Positions 39,849 through 51,317 of a stretch of 64,000 nucleotides of DNA are shown here, in pieces (the stretch's first letter is position 1; each line of letters begins with the position of its first letter). This stretch comes from an uncultured Gemmatimonadales bacterium (GTDB lineage Bacteria; Gemmatimonadota; Gemmatimonadetes; Gemmatimonadales; Gemmatimonadaceae), in contig CAWBZV010000002.1 in assembly GCA_963793305.1 (NCBI GenBank), forward strand, positions 859,193 through 923,192, given 5' to 3'. Both the position numbers and the translations under genes were made by a program. Below the pieces are notes generated by a model. The model was not told the DNA's origin. It saw only the letters and a program-made list of their open reading frames with translations, and ran no database searches.

Positions 39849-40544
39849 TCACGTGGCTCTAATATACGCACAGCCACCCTGCTCAGCGCGAATCACGCCG
39901 AAGATCCCCGACGGTACGAGCGTGACCCCGGGAACGAGCGCCGCCTGGAGCTCGGCATGCACCGCGTCCTTCGGCTGCTTCGTCCGCTCGGCGATCCGAC
40001 CGGCGAATCCGCCGAACGCGAGATTGCACGCGAGCACGATCGCGCCACGCGCGATAAGGGTGTCGAGTCCTCCGTCTGACCAGATCAGGGCGTACTTGTC
40101 GCTTTCCTTCGCGTTCAAGAACGGATTGCGCAGAGTCCATTCGCCGGTCGTGGGGTCCTTGAGCTTCGTCAGCTTCTTGCCAATGAACGGATAGTGTGCC
40201 CACGCCGCGTCGCCGAGGACCATCGGGATCGCTTCGTGGCGGAACACGAGTACTGCACGGAGGTCCGTCTCCGGCGTGCTGTACACTTCTTTATAGTTGA
40301 CGTAGAACATCCGCGCCTGGTGTAGCGCGGTCCCCTCGGCAATCTCCGGCGCATCGAAGACCTGCTTGTGCATGCCGCTCGACAAACGGTCGGTCCACGC
40401 GAGGTCCCATTTCGGGTCAGCGGGCTTCGGGGCAGGGGCGGGTGCGGCTGACTGTGCAGGGACTACGGTGGCGCACGCCGTCGCGACGAGCGAGGCGGCG
40501 CCACCCACTAATTGACCGAGAAATTGCCGACGTTGGGTAGCCAT
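39849..40544 (-). CDS. Tat-exported protein, DsrE-like
   Basis: QRRQFLG twin-arginine signal, ACNLA, VPSG...AEQGGCAY. Confidence 0.7.
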   Translation of the reverse strand: MATQRRQFLGQLVGGAASLVATACATVVPAQSAAPAPAPKPADPKWDLAWTDRLSSGMHKQVFDAPEIAEGTALHQARMFYVNYKEVYSTPETDLRAVLVFRHEAIPMVLGDAAWAHYPFIGKKLTKLKDPTTGEWTLRNPFLNAKESDKYALIWSDGGLDTLIARGAIVLACNLAFGGFAGRIAERTKQPKDAVHAELQAALVPGVTLVPSGIFGVIRAEQGGCAYIRAT

Positions 40545-40553
40545 GCCCCCAAA

Positions 40554-42236
40554 CTACTGCCGGTGCCCCGAGAAGCAATGGGCCACGCGGGAGCCGACCA
40601 ACGGAAGACCCGTTGGCGCCGGATCGAACGCGATGTTCAACCCGAAGTTGCCCGGAACGCTGGCCACGACCGCTATGTCAGAGGCACCGCTGCCGCCGCT
40701 CTGGATATTCGCCGCGGGGAAACGCAAGACTTCGGCAATGTCCGACGGACCACCCTCGGTCAGCATCCACATGTTGCCGCTGTTGTCGAACGCGAACGAG
40801 AGCCAGTCGAACGCCTGGCCATTGAACCCGGTTTGCGGCATGCTCATTCCACCGATCGGAGCCGGGCTCGAGTTCGAGCTCAGGCTGGCGAGAGCGCTTT
40901 TCGAGAACTCGCTCAGGACTGAACCGGAGCCGGTGTTCGAGTTGAGCGCCCAGAGGTTGCCGCTCGCGTCAAACCCGATGTACGTCGCCGCTTGCGTGAC
41001 CATGTTGGTGAGCGCCAGCATCTGCGGGGTCGGCGAGCCGGAGCTGGCGAGCTGTGACGGTGTGTACTCGAGGATCTGCGAGTCATCGTCAACCCAGAGA
41101 TCGCCCAATGCATCGAACGCGATCCACAATGGATAGCTCAGCACGCCCGGCAGGTTCTGCAGGCCGTTCGGCGTGATCATGTAGGCCGGCGTGGGACTGC
41201 CGCTGGATTTGAGCTGGGCAGCGGTGTAGCCGAAGATATACGGGATCGTACTGGAGTTGTCCGACGGGCCCAGCGACGAGATCCACAGCGTGCCGTGCGA
41301 ATCGAACGCCATGCCCGACACGGTCGAGACACCCGGCTCGCCAGAGATCAGGACGGTGGGATTCGCGTTGCACTCGTTGGCCAACTGCGTGGTGTCGAAC
41401 TCCACCAGCGTCTCGACGGGATTGTTGCCGACGCCGTTGAATGTCCAGAGGTTCCCCTTGGCGTCATACGCGAACGGCTGTTGACCGTTCACGCCATTGC
41501 AGCTGTCGTTTGGCGTGATCGTTCCCGAGGCGCTGAGCTGGGCGACGGTCGCGCCGTAGTTGCCGTCGAACCAGAGCGCGCCCGTGCCGTCTGACGCATA
41601 CGTGACGTACACCGTGTCGACACCTGACGACGACACGTTCGCGGGACTGCCGAGCACCGACGCGGAGTACGTGGTGGTGACGATCGGGCTCGGCACCGTC
41701 GTCCCGCCCGGAGGCGTCGTGACCGTGTACGTGCCCGACGCGAGGCCCGTGAGCGTCGTCGTCGCCGACACCATCTTGGAGTAGCTACCAGGGCCAGTCA
41801 CCGTGGCGCTGGGCGTCACGCCCGCCGCGCCGGTGATCACGACGACGAGCGAGTTCGTCGCGGTGCAGGCGACCGTAATGTTCATCGTGATCGTCTCGCC
41901 GCCCGAGATGGCGGGATAGGTGCTCGGCGCCGGCGCAGTACAGGTGGACGGTACGTTCGACACGGCGACGACGCCGGTGCCAGCGGGGACGTTCGAGATG
42001 GTGTATGAGCCGTTCGCGCTGGTCGTCACGCTCGGCAACGCGCCGCCGGTCGAGGGCGTCGCCTGAACGCTCACGCCCGCGAGGCCGGTTCCGGCGTTGT
42101 TGGTGACGACACCGCTGATGGTGCCAGTGCTCGAAGGCGGCGGTGGTGCACTGGTGGTGCTACAAGCAGCAAGAACGACGAGAAAAATCAGTGAGGCGGT
42201 ACGCACAGCGGTCTCTCCATATCGGGTCGACCGCAT
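40554..42236 (-). CDS. lipoprotein with carboxypeptidase-regulatory-like domain and NHL-like repeats
   Basis: LAAC lipobox; repeated AFD..GNLW units. Confidence 0.8.
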   Translation of the reverse strand: MRSTRYGETAVRTASLIFLVVLAACSTTSAPPPPSSTGTISGVVTNNAGTGLAGVSVQATPSTGGALPSVTTSANGSYTISNVPAGTGVVAVSNVPSTCTAPAPSTYPAISGGETITMNITVACTATNSLVVVITGAAGVTPSATVTGPGSYSKMVSATTTLTGLASGTYTVTTPPGGTTVPSPIVTTTYSASVLGSPANVSSSGVDTVYVTYASDGTGALWFDGNYGATVAQLSASGTITPNDSCNGVNGQQPFAYDAKGNLWTFNGVGNNPVETLVEFDTTQLANECNANPTVLISGEPGVSTVSGMAFDSHGTLWISSLGPSDNSSTIPYIFGYTAAQLKSSGSPTPAYMITPNGLQNLPGVLSYPLWIAFDALGDLWVDDDSQILEYTPSQLASSGSPTPQMLALTNMVTQAATYIGFDASGNLWALNSNTGSGSVLSEFSKSALASLSSNSSPAPIGGMSMPQTGFNGQAFDWLSFAFDNSGNMWMLTEGGPSDIAEVLRFPAANIQSGGSGASDIAVVASVPGNFGLNIAFDPAPTGLPLVGSRVAHCFSGHRQ

Positions 42237-42320
42237 ACTGTTCGTACCGCCTCACCTGCATCACGCACATACACCGACACGCGTGATGCAGGTCACATGG
42301 TGAGACGCCCGGCGTCTAAC

Positions 42321-44322
42321 TCAATTCGTCGCTGCCGTCGCCGTCGTCGCCAAGCCGCGAACGGTGTTGGCTAACAGGCGAACCTTGGCGCCGTCGGACG
42401 AGCCCTGAGCATCGCCATCCAACTGCGTGGCCAACTGCGAGAGCGCATCGCGGCGCTGGTCGGAACTGGCGTGTTCGGCGTTGGACAAAGCCGATCGCGC
42501 GGAGGAGATGCGCGAGCCGCTCAGACCCTTCGAGCGTTCCAGCTGGTCGAGATAGGCGCGGGCGAGCGCGAATGTCGTCGGCCACACGAACGCCGGCTGG
42601 CCTTGCGTATTGAACTCGTCGAACCGCACCGTTTTGGCGGCCGCGATCTCGTTCGCCGATACCAACACGCTCGGCTTGAGCTCGAGAATGTCCAATCCGC
42701 GCGCGATCTCCGAGCTGACAATGTAGCCGTTGTACCAGTACGCGGACCACGAGCCACCGGGACCCATCCGCGTCGAATCAGAATGGTCCGCGGTCGAAGA
42801 ACGCGATCTCCGTCGGATGCTTCGCGTCCGTCCAATCGAAGACCGAGATGCCACCCTGATACCAGGCCTGGACCATGACATCCCGCCCCGGAATCGGGAT
42901 CAGCGAGCCGTTGTGCGCGACGCAGTTCTCGAACGAGGTCTGCACGGCGGGCAGCTTGTAATAGCTCTGGAAGACCATCTTATGGTCGACGATCGTGAAG
43001 ATCGCGTCCGCGCCCCAGTTGCGCGGATCGGTCGCGCGGCACTTGGGCGCGCCGCCGCCGCCCCACTCGTCGGAGAACAGGATCTTGGTCCCGTCGTTGT
43101 TGAACGTGGCCGAATGCCAGTACGAGAAGTTGGAGTCGGCGACGGCATCGAGACGCTGCGGATGAGCCGGGTCGGAGATGTCGAGCAGCAGTCCATGGCC
43201 CTCGCAGGCGCCACCCGCCAGCCCGAGCTGGGGATACACCGTGATATCGTGGCAGCTGGTACCGAGCACTCGCGCGCCGCCGGCGGAGAATCGCTTGGTG
43301 ATAATGTCCTGCAGGTTTGCATGGAGCGCCGCGCTGTCGGCCCCCGTCGGCGTGCCTGTGCCGCCACGGACCTTCACCAGGCTGTCGAGCAGCGGCCCGA
43401 TGAACCGCGCGCCTATGACCTGCGGCTGACCGCCGGGGAAGCTGGCGACGTACCCGCCGTTCGCCCGGGCCTTCGCGACATCGGCGATATCCTCGGGTGC
43501 CTGGCCGTGCGCCGGGGCCTGATCCAAGCCCTGGAAGATCCGCGGGCTGGAGACGATCGCCGCCTGCTCCGGGTGCGCCAGTGGCACCTTGATGACCTCG
43601 ATCCGGAATTTGACGCCGTTCGGGTCCTGGTCTGGGGAGGCATCCACGCAGCCGGCCATCTCGGCGGCCGGACGCACGAAGGACGAGCCCGAGATGTAGA
43701 TGTAGATGTTGTCGTGATCCTTGGGATCGACCAGCAGCGTGTGCGTATGCGAGCCGCGGCAGGTCTGGACGTTCGTCACGAGCTTCGGTTTGGTAATGTC
43801 CGAGACGTCCCAGATACGGACGCCGCGCATGCGCTCCTGGCTGACGGGGTCTTTCACTCCACTCGTCCCGCAGTCAAGGCGCGTGGCCGGTGACTCGGCC
43901 GACTCGATCAACAAATTTTTGTAGATCGACACGTCGCTCTGCGAGCCAGGGCAGACAAACTGGGTCTTCAAGGTCGGCTGCGCCGGATTCGTGATGTCCC
44001 AGACCTCGAACCCGTTGTAATTGCCCTGGATGACCAGGTTGCCGAGGAAGGCCAGGTCGGAATTCGTCTTCCCGACGAAGTCCGTCGGCGGGCGCATGTT
44101 CGCGATCAAATGCATGTTCCACTCGGCCTGTGCTGCGTCATAGAGGCCCGCTTTGAGGCCGACGCGCGGGTCCGGCATTGGAGCCACGGACGACCGGTCG
44201 CAGTTGTCGACCTTGCACAGGTCTCCGCCGGCCGGTGAGACTCGGCTCGTCGATGCGCCAGGGTGGGCGCAGGCCGTCAGGGCCAGCAAACCAAAGGCAA
44301 CCGAACGCGCTATTGAGGGCAT
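42321..44322 (-). CDS. LVIVD-repeat lipoprotein (frameshift near 42780)
   Basis: LTAC lipobox, NSDLAF, GSHTHT, CHDITV, CVAHN; tail in ORF 42321..42881. Confidence 0.85.
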
Positions 44323-44370
44323 AGCTCATCCTTATTTGAGAGGGCTATGTAAAAGGGCCAACAACTAAAA

Positions 44371-44407
44371 ACGCGGACCCCCGCCCGAACGCTGCGGGAG
44401 TCCGCGT
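44371..44407 (-). terminator. rho-independent terminator
   Basis: ACGCGGAC...GTCCGCGT stem with a preceding A-run (T-run on the minus strand). Confidence 0.6.
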
Positions 44408-44426
44408 CCCTCAGAAGCCTAAGCCC

Positions 44427-45485
44427 CTAAAACGCCCCGTCGGTACAGGCATGAACCGTGTTCGAGTACTCCTCTTGGATCACGTACGAACGTGGGCCCA
44501 GCTGCTCCGGGTTCCGGAACGTGAAGCAGAGGTCGGAGATCTCGTTCCCGGTCAAGTCGTTGAACCAAGCATCGAGGTCGGGGTCTGTGGTCAGCTCCGT
44601 GAACTCGTGCGACAGGGTCGACGCCGTGGCGTCGATGACGCGCGGCTGATTGGGCGCGTCGCAGCCGCCGACGAATTGATAGGGCTGCATCGTGTACAAC
44701 ACATGGTAGTTCCCGGTCGTATCGAAGTCCGCAAAACCGTGGAAGGCGCAGAAGACGAACGTGTTGCCGTTGTCCGGCGAATAGCAGTTGCCGGGGCCGG
44801 TGCACATATCCGTGCCCTGCGGGATGAACACATGATAGATCTGGTTGTAGCCGCTCTTCGTCGTGGCCAGCGAGGCGGCGTGGAGGATAGCGAACAGATC
44901 TTGGCCCGTCATCGTCGGTGTTCCGGTCGTCGGGTCGGGCGCGAACGTGACCTTGGTCGAGAGCTCGTTGATGTTGGCGAACCGACCGGTGGGATCCTCA
45001 TGCAGGTACTGACCGGAGATCTCGATCATGCTGCTTGCCTGGAAGTCGTGCAGAAACGTCTTCGGCGTTATCGCGCCCGTCCCCCAGCATTGCGCGGGGG
45101 TCGTCGGGCAGTTGACGTAGACATTCCACTGGGTTGCCTGCGTGACGACCGGACCGCCGTTCCACGTGAGATCCCATGGCGACTGGACGATGTTCTTGCT
45201 GTAGGCGGTGCGGTTGCCGAGATACTTCTTCTCAGCGATGGCGTTTTGGTAGAAGGGCTTGTTGTTGCCACTAGCGATCCGAGCGCCTGCGTAGTCCATC
45301 GAGGTCACTTGGAACGTCTGTGGTGGCGTCGCGTTCGCGGGAACGCCGGTGGAGTTATCGCTCTGGCAGGCAGCCAACACTAATCCGGCCGCCCCCAGGA
45401 GTGTTGCGGAAGACCAACGACTCGCGCTCATACTCGCCTCGGAAAGAAGGGGAGCGTCGTTATACGCTCTGGTACGCGTCGACAC
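44427..45485 (-). CDS. lipoprotein, phosphate-induced-1/EXORDIUM-like
   Basis: LAAC lipobox, FCAFHG, SHEFTELTTDP and GNEISDLC motifs. Confidence 0.65.
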   Translation of the reverse strand: MSTRTRAYNDAPLLSEASMSASRWSSATLLGAAGLVLAACQSDNSTGVPANATPPQTFQVTSMDYAGARIASGNNKPFYQNAIAEKKYLGNRTAYSKNIVQSPWDLTWNGGPVVTQATQWNVYVNCPTTPAQCWGTGAITPKTFLHDFQASSMIEISGQYLHEDPTGRFANINELSTKVTFAPDPTTGTPTMTGQDLFAILHAASLATTKSGYNQIYHVFIPQGTDMCTGPGNCYSPDNGNTFVFCAFHGFADFDTTGNYHVLYTMQPYQFVGGCDAPNQPRVIDATASTLSHEFTELTTDPDLDAWFNDLTGNEISDLCFTFRNPEQLGPRSYVIQEEYSNTVHACTDGAF

Positions 45486-45796
45486 AGGATGCCGTCACCA
45501 AACTGTGTTGGTGGCGTCGGCCGAGTGTGGTTCGGAGTGAGGGAAAGGGCCACAAGGTGTTCATGTTGGGGCCGGTAATACGAAAACAGTGACGGTATGT
45601 GAGCCGATAGCAGACACGGTGGTCGAGCGATGCGCCATCTTCACGAAGGAAGTCTCGCACGATGAGCGGGTTGCGTGACCTGAATGTAGTAGGCGAAATA
45701 GTCGGATCTGGCGCGTTCGTCATAGAAGTCAGGAAACCGTCACCACCCAATTGAGTGTCGGATTGACGGAAGTCACACCCTTACCTCGAGGTCGCT

Positions 45797-47230
45797 ATGC
45801 GGCTGTCGCGTTTCGCAACACTCATGATCATGGCCGCACCAGCCGTGCACGCCCAATCGCCTGCGACGCGGCGCGCCCATGAGTTGGTCGCGCTCATCGA
45901 CTCCGGGTCGCTGAGCGCGATTCGCGCCTACGCGGACACGGCCATGACGACCAGGGCCCCGGCCGAGGCCCATCGCAACTTCATTCTGGGCCAACGCGAC
46001 GAGTCACGGGGACTGCGTTGGGTCAATGTGCACGAGGAATCGCCGCAGCGTGTGACGGTGGTGTTACAGCGAGCACTGACCGGCGACCTGACGGCCCTTT
46101 TGGTCGTCGTCGATTCTGCCCCGCCGTATCGGATCGTGGGTATCGGTCTCAGGCCACCGCCGAGCAAGGCTGGAGCCACCACGGCCCCGCGGATCACGAG
46201 CGACGCCGAGATGGTCGCGGCGCTCAAACACTACGTCGAGACACTCGCCAAAGCCGACGTGTTCTCAGGGGCGGTCATGCTCGCGAAGGATGGGCAGCCG
46301 CTGTACGCCGCCGCGTTCGGCGAGGCAGACAAGGATTTTCATGCGCCGAATACGCTCGATACCAAGTTCAACCTCGGCTCCATGAACAAGATGTTCACGG
46401 CGACCGCGGCGTCGCAGCTCGTCGAGCAGGGCAAGCTCTCCTACGACGACACGTTGGCGAAGTTCATTCCCGACTTTCCCAACGCGGCGGACGCCAAGAA
46501 AATTCGCATCGAGAACCTTCTCACCCATACGTCGGGACTCGGCAGCTACTTCAACGACGACTGGGACAAGTCCTCACGTGCTCTCTACCGAACGGTCGAC
46601 GACTGGATGCCCGTCGCCAAGCACGACTCGCTGGCGTTCGCGCCCGGTACGCAGTGGTCGTACAGCAACACCGGGATGCTCGTCGTCGGTAAGGTCGTCG
46701 AAGTGGTCTCCAAGCAGGACTACTTCGACTATGTGCGCGAGCACCTCTACAAGCCCGCGGGCATGACGCGCACCGATGCCTACGAGCTCGATCACGTCAA
46801 TCCGAATCTCGCCGTGGGATATGACAAGCACTTTCGCGATGATGGCACGATCGAGTTTCGCAACAACATCTTCGAGCACGTCATCCGCGGCGGGCCGGCG
46901 GGCGGCGGATACTCCACGGTGGGGGATCTCGTCCGGTTTGCCGAGGCGCTGAAAGCGGGGAAACTCGTCTCCGAGAAATATTATGAGATCATGACCACGC
47001 CGAAGCCGGCGGTGCAATCACCCCGGTACGGCTACGGGTTCGGCGTCGACCCCGAGACCGGCGTCGTCGGACACAGCGGCGGGTTCGTGGGGATCAGCTC
47101 GAACCTCGACATCTTCAAAGGCTCAGGGTATGTCGCGGTCGTCATGTCGAACTACAGCGATGCGAGCCAGGCGGTCGCCCAGAAGATGCGGGCGCTCGTT
47201 CTCAGCCGACTGGGTAAGGCCCATCAGTAA
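45797..47230 (+). CDS. serine hydrolase (beta-lactamase class C-like)
   Basis: SMNK (SxxK), YSN, HSG, LLTHTSG; signal peptide. Confidence 0.92.
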   Translation: MRLSRFATLMIMAAPAVHAQSPATRRAHELVALIDSGSLSAIRAYADTAMTTRAPAEAHRNFILGQRDESRGLRWVNVHEESPQRVTVVLQRALTGDLTALLVVVDSAPPYRIVGIGLRPPPSKAGATTAPRITSDAEMVAALKHYVETLAKADVFSGAVMLAKDGQPLYAAAFGEADKDFHAPNTLDTKFNLGSMNKMFTATAASQLVEQGKLSYDDTLAKFIPDFPNAADAKKIRIENLLTHTSGLGSYFNDDWDKSSRALYRTVDDWMPVAKHDSLAFAPGTQWSYSNTGMLVVGKVVEVVSKQDYFDYVREHLYKPAGMTRTDAYELDHVNPNLAVGYDKHFRDDGTIEFRNNIFEHVIRGGPAGGGYSTVGDLVRFAEALKAGKLVSEKYYEIMTTPKPAVQSPRYGYGFGVDPETGVVGHSGGFVGISSNLDIFKGSGYVAVVMSNYSDASQAVAQKMRALVLSRLGKAHQ

Positions 47231-47620
47231 AGACCTCGGTGTGATAGCCCTTTGAGCCGACGAGACGAGCGAGTGGGCTCCGCGGATCTCCGCCAGCCTT
47301 CAGTCGCTCGATAATAGACCGAAAATCATGGCGTGGCTGCCAACCGAGCTCCGTGCGGGCCTTGGCGTTGACATAGACCCGATCGATGCCGGGCATCACC
47401 CTCCAGCCCCGACTTGCGTACACGGCCTCATACTCGGGCACGCGCCGGCGGACGACAGCCGGCGCGTTCGTGCCTAGCTCCGGAACATCGTCGAGCGAGA
47501 GTGGAGTTGTGGCACTGATGATATACCGACCGAACCCAATGGCCGGCGCACGCTCAATGGCCTGCAGGTGCGCGCTGACGGCGTCCTCGATATCGACGCG
47601 CCGATAGAGATACTCGTTCT
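47202..47620 (-). pseudogene. 3' fragment of an NAD-dependent epimerase/dehydratase
   Basis: NEYLYRRVDIED...IDRVYVNAKARTELGW; 5' part absent, unrelated sequence follows. Confidence 0.7.
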
Positions 47621-48214
47621 CAGCTTTTGCGGGCGCGCATTCCGTGAACCGAGTGTTTGATCGTTCCCCGAACTATAACGCAACGCGAAACTCATCCCCC
47701 CGTCCACACTGAAGCTCGTTTCTCCGCAAAAGAGCGTGACGCCGTCGCAAAACGGAGAAGCGAGTGAGGCGCGCCCCCAAAGCGATTCGTAGATCGCGCG
47801 CCGCATGCCGCAGAGCTGCACGATGATTGCGACAATTCGCGTTAAATGCCGGTTAAGTGGGCCGGGGCGCGCGTCGCGCGCTCGATCCAATTTTCGCCAC
47901 AGGCCTTACCCGGCGCCGGTGGCCAGGCGCCATCGCCAACGCGCCGATAGCGGCAGCGAGCGATAGTCCGATCAGCTTGTGCATGTGCTGATTCTCCCCG
48001 TGATTTCCCCAAAGACCGCGCGGATTAGAGACCGGCGCAAAGGCGAAATTAGAGCATTGCAGCGGCGAATTTTGGCAATTGCGGAACCGGTGCCGTGCAT
48101 CGCCTCATTTACCAAACCGCTCGCTCGGCGGTGCGATTTCGGTAACCAGATCGCGAATGAGCGTCTTGTTCGGCAGCGGCGTGAGCGTCATGGCGCGCGG
48201 CTCGAGGCGGGCGA

Positions 48215-48920
48215 GGAAGCCAAAGCATCGTTGGAAAAACACTCGCTTCAGATGCCGATGCTGTGCTGTTCTCCTGATTTCACCGAGCCTGATGCCGATT
48301 TGCTCGAGAAGGAAATTTCTCGCGAAAAGCGTATGATCGAGATTACCGCTTTCTTTGGTGGACGCTTCTGCCGTGTCCTCTCCGGCCAACGGCGGCCAGA
48401 AGTGTCAATCGAGGCCGGTATTGCTCAAGTCGTCCGAGTCATTAAGAGCCTGCTACCACATGCGCAGGAGCATGGTGTAGTTCTCTCGATGGAAAACCAC
48501 TATAAAGATAGTTATTGGCGCTATCCGGAATTTGCCCAAAAGATGGATATCTTCACTGCCATCATCGGACAGATCGATTCTCCATGGTTTGGCATTAACT
48601 ATGATCCCTCGAATACCATTCTTGCCGGGGAGGACCCGTTAGAAATGCTCGATCGTGTGAAGCATCGAGTGGTCTCAATGCATGCCAGTGACCGGTATCT
48701 GAACAGTGGTACGCTGGAAGATCTCCGAAGGGAGGAAGATGCTGTCGGTTATGCCAGCCGCCTCTGACATGGGATAATCGGGCATGGACTCAATGATTAT
48801 GACAAAATATTTGCGACGTTAAATTCGGTCGGGTTTTCCTCTTGGATCTCAATCGAGGACGGGATGAATGGCATTGAGGATATGTGCGAATCTGTCCGCT
48901 TTCTGAAGGAAAAAATTTGA
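48215..48920 (+). pseudogene. 5'-truncated sugar phosphate isomerase/epimerase (TIM barrel)
   Basis: MENH, NYDPSN, SMHASD and SIED motifs; in-frame TGA at 48765; N-terminus missing. Confidence 0.75.
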
Positions 48921-49005
48921 CCGGCATTTCACGGATTAGAATCTTTGGCCTCTCAGGACATCGGCAGACGCACGGCATCCAGCATTCTCTCGCAAGGTTT
49001 TGCGG

Positions 49006-50491
49006 TCAATCTTTCCAGTGGGTCCGTACGATTAGATTCTCGGTGAATATAATCCGGTCAGGCACTTTATATTCGGGCAGATGCAGGTCCGCAAATTCGA
49101 TCAGTTGTCGTTCCGTTACCGGGGTGCCGCCCTGCTTGAGAACCACGTATGCCTGCGTTAACTCGTGACCAAATTTGTCCGGCACTCCTACGACGGCGGC
49201 CTCCCGAACTGACGGATGCTGATACAACACCCCTTCGACTTCAATGGGCGACACCAAGCCAGCCTCGTGTTTGATGATCTCCGATTTGCGGCTCACGAAC
49301 CAGTAAGAACCCTCTTCGTCCTTATAAGCTAGGTCGCCGGTGTGAAACCATCCTTCCCTTATATTCCGAGTAGTTAATTGCAGATCCCTCCAGTAACCGG
49401 AGGTCATACTTCCTCCGCGGACAATCATCTCACCGATTTCGCCGGCTTTCGAAATCGGGCGCCCGAAATCATCAATCAGAGAAAGCTCCATGCCAGCGAT
49501 AGGTCTGCCAATAGAGCCGATCTTTTTTTTGCCATACGGGGGGTTCATGCAGTAGATCTGAAGCTCAGTCATCCCGCAGCCCTCTGTGATTTCGACGCCA
49601 AATATTCGATTGAATCGTTCCTGGACGGCGACGGGAATCGCTTCACCGGCGGAGAAACAAAAATCGAGCGACCGAACGCTGTACCGGCCGGCTTCCGGGC
49701 AGTTAACTAGTTCGTTGTACAGCTTCGGGAAGCCATACGTTTTGGTCGGTTTATGAGTTTGTATCGTTTCAAGAGCCAGACGCGGCTCAAAATAAGGCAG
49801 CAGGACACATGTGGCGGCGCAGCTGTGAAATGGCAAAATCTGCGAACCAAAACCGATCAAATAGCATATCGGGAACATGATCAGCGTCGTGTCATCAGGT
49901 GAAATTGCAATCTGGGCGAATCTGGATTTGGGTAGCTCGCGCCAAGCTCGCGTGGGAATGGACTACCGCCTTCGGCAGGCCGGTTGTGCCCGATGTATAA
50001 TAAATCGCCGCCGCACTGTTCTCTTCGACCACCGGCAGAAGAGCCGTTTCACATGACGCCTTGAGTAATTCATCAAATGGCCGGACTCCACCGACTTCCG
50101 AGGCACGACAAGTCAGGTAATATTGTTCGACTCCCGCCAGCGATGGTCTGATCTCTTCAATCTTTGCGAACAGTTCCGGTTCACTAATGAGAACACGCGC
50201 CCCGCTGTGTGTGAGTCCATACTTCAGGAGTGCGGCCTGAAAGCGAATGTTAAGCGGTACAGCGATTGCGCCAATTTTGAAGCAGGCATAGTAGCACAAC
50301 ACTATTTCCAGGCAGTTTGGCAACAGAAATGCGACTCGATCCCCTGGACTGATTCCTCGCTGCAACAGTGAGGCTGCCAATGATTTTGTGAGCCGGCAGA
50401 GCTCCGCGTAGGTGTAAGTATTGTGCTCAAAAATCAAACCGACGTTGTGCGGTGACTTGGCGGCAACTTTGTCCAAAAGGAGATTCAGCAT
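49006..50491 (-). CDS. AMP-dependent acyl-CoA synthetase (frameshifted)
   Basis: YTSGTTGLPK, GMTE and FHTGD motifs split over two ORFs. Confidence 0.88.
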
Positions 50492-50517
50492 CGGAGGAGG
50501 TTGTCAGTTGCCAGTTG

Positions 50518-51111
50518 TCAGTGCAAGTGCACCAGAGTTCCGGCGAGCGTCACGTCGACGTCCACGATTTTATCCACGCGCAGGACAAGGTTGCTCGGGT
50601 CTTTCATTCCCCAGGCGACGTATGGAACGCTAAACTTGGCTGTCGCCGTCACGAGGTCGTTTTGCACTTGACCCTGACGGGGATCGTCATGTCGTGTTCG
50701 CCGCCATGGATGCGCAGAGAACCGTGGACTTCGACTTGCGATTCACCAAGCGAAGCAAGTCGACCCTTTAGATGGTCGGGAGAGAAAGACCGCTTCAGGA
50801 AAGCGATTGGACTCCAGAACATTTTCATGCATTTGCCGGTCACGCGCTTTTTCTCCGGTTTCTCCACTTCTCACATCGACGGTGATTTGACCGCTAGCCT
50901 GGCCGGTGGCCGGGTCGAAACGGACGGTCCCGTCCTTGACTTGGAAAGTCCCGCGCACAGTGTGAAGAAGAGCGCCCAACGTAAATCGGACTGTACACTT
51001 CGCAGCATTAAACTCGATTTCAACCAAGCCGGTGGAAGAAGCCGGATTTTCAGCCGCAATCGAAGGGCGACAGAGGCACATCAGCAGGAACGCCAATAAA
51101 CGAACGGTCAT
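50518..51111 (-). CDS. YceI family protein (frameshifted)
   Basis: signal peptide, HTVRGTF, RDRQMHENVLE. Confidence 0.8.
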
Positions 51112-51121
51112 GGAAGAAGTG

Positions 51122-51313
51122 GCCAGTGTCAGTTGTCAATGTCAGTTGCCAGTGGAAGAGACCTACGGCTCAAGCTTTGAGTTTCAAATATTGATGCACA
51201 ATCCAGCTAGTCTTTGGCTGGCGGTACTTTCGATCTCATTCCTGCTCACTACAATAGGTCTCAAACCTTCCACTCTTACCAACACTGACAATTGACACTG
51301 ACAACTGACAACT
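51122..51313. repeat. inverted-repeat element with heptamer (CTGACAA) arms, MITE-like
   Basis: TGTCAGTTGTCAATGTCAGTTG...TGGAAGAGACCTA / TAGGTCTC...CTTCCA...CTGACAATTGACACTGACAACTGACA. Confidence 0.55.
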
Positions 51314-51317
51314 CCTC

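Noticed and set aside
48765..48767. Selenocysteine TGA in the isomerase
   Set aside because: It is not an evident catalytic Cys position, I see no SECIS hairpin, and the region is error-rich.
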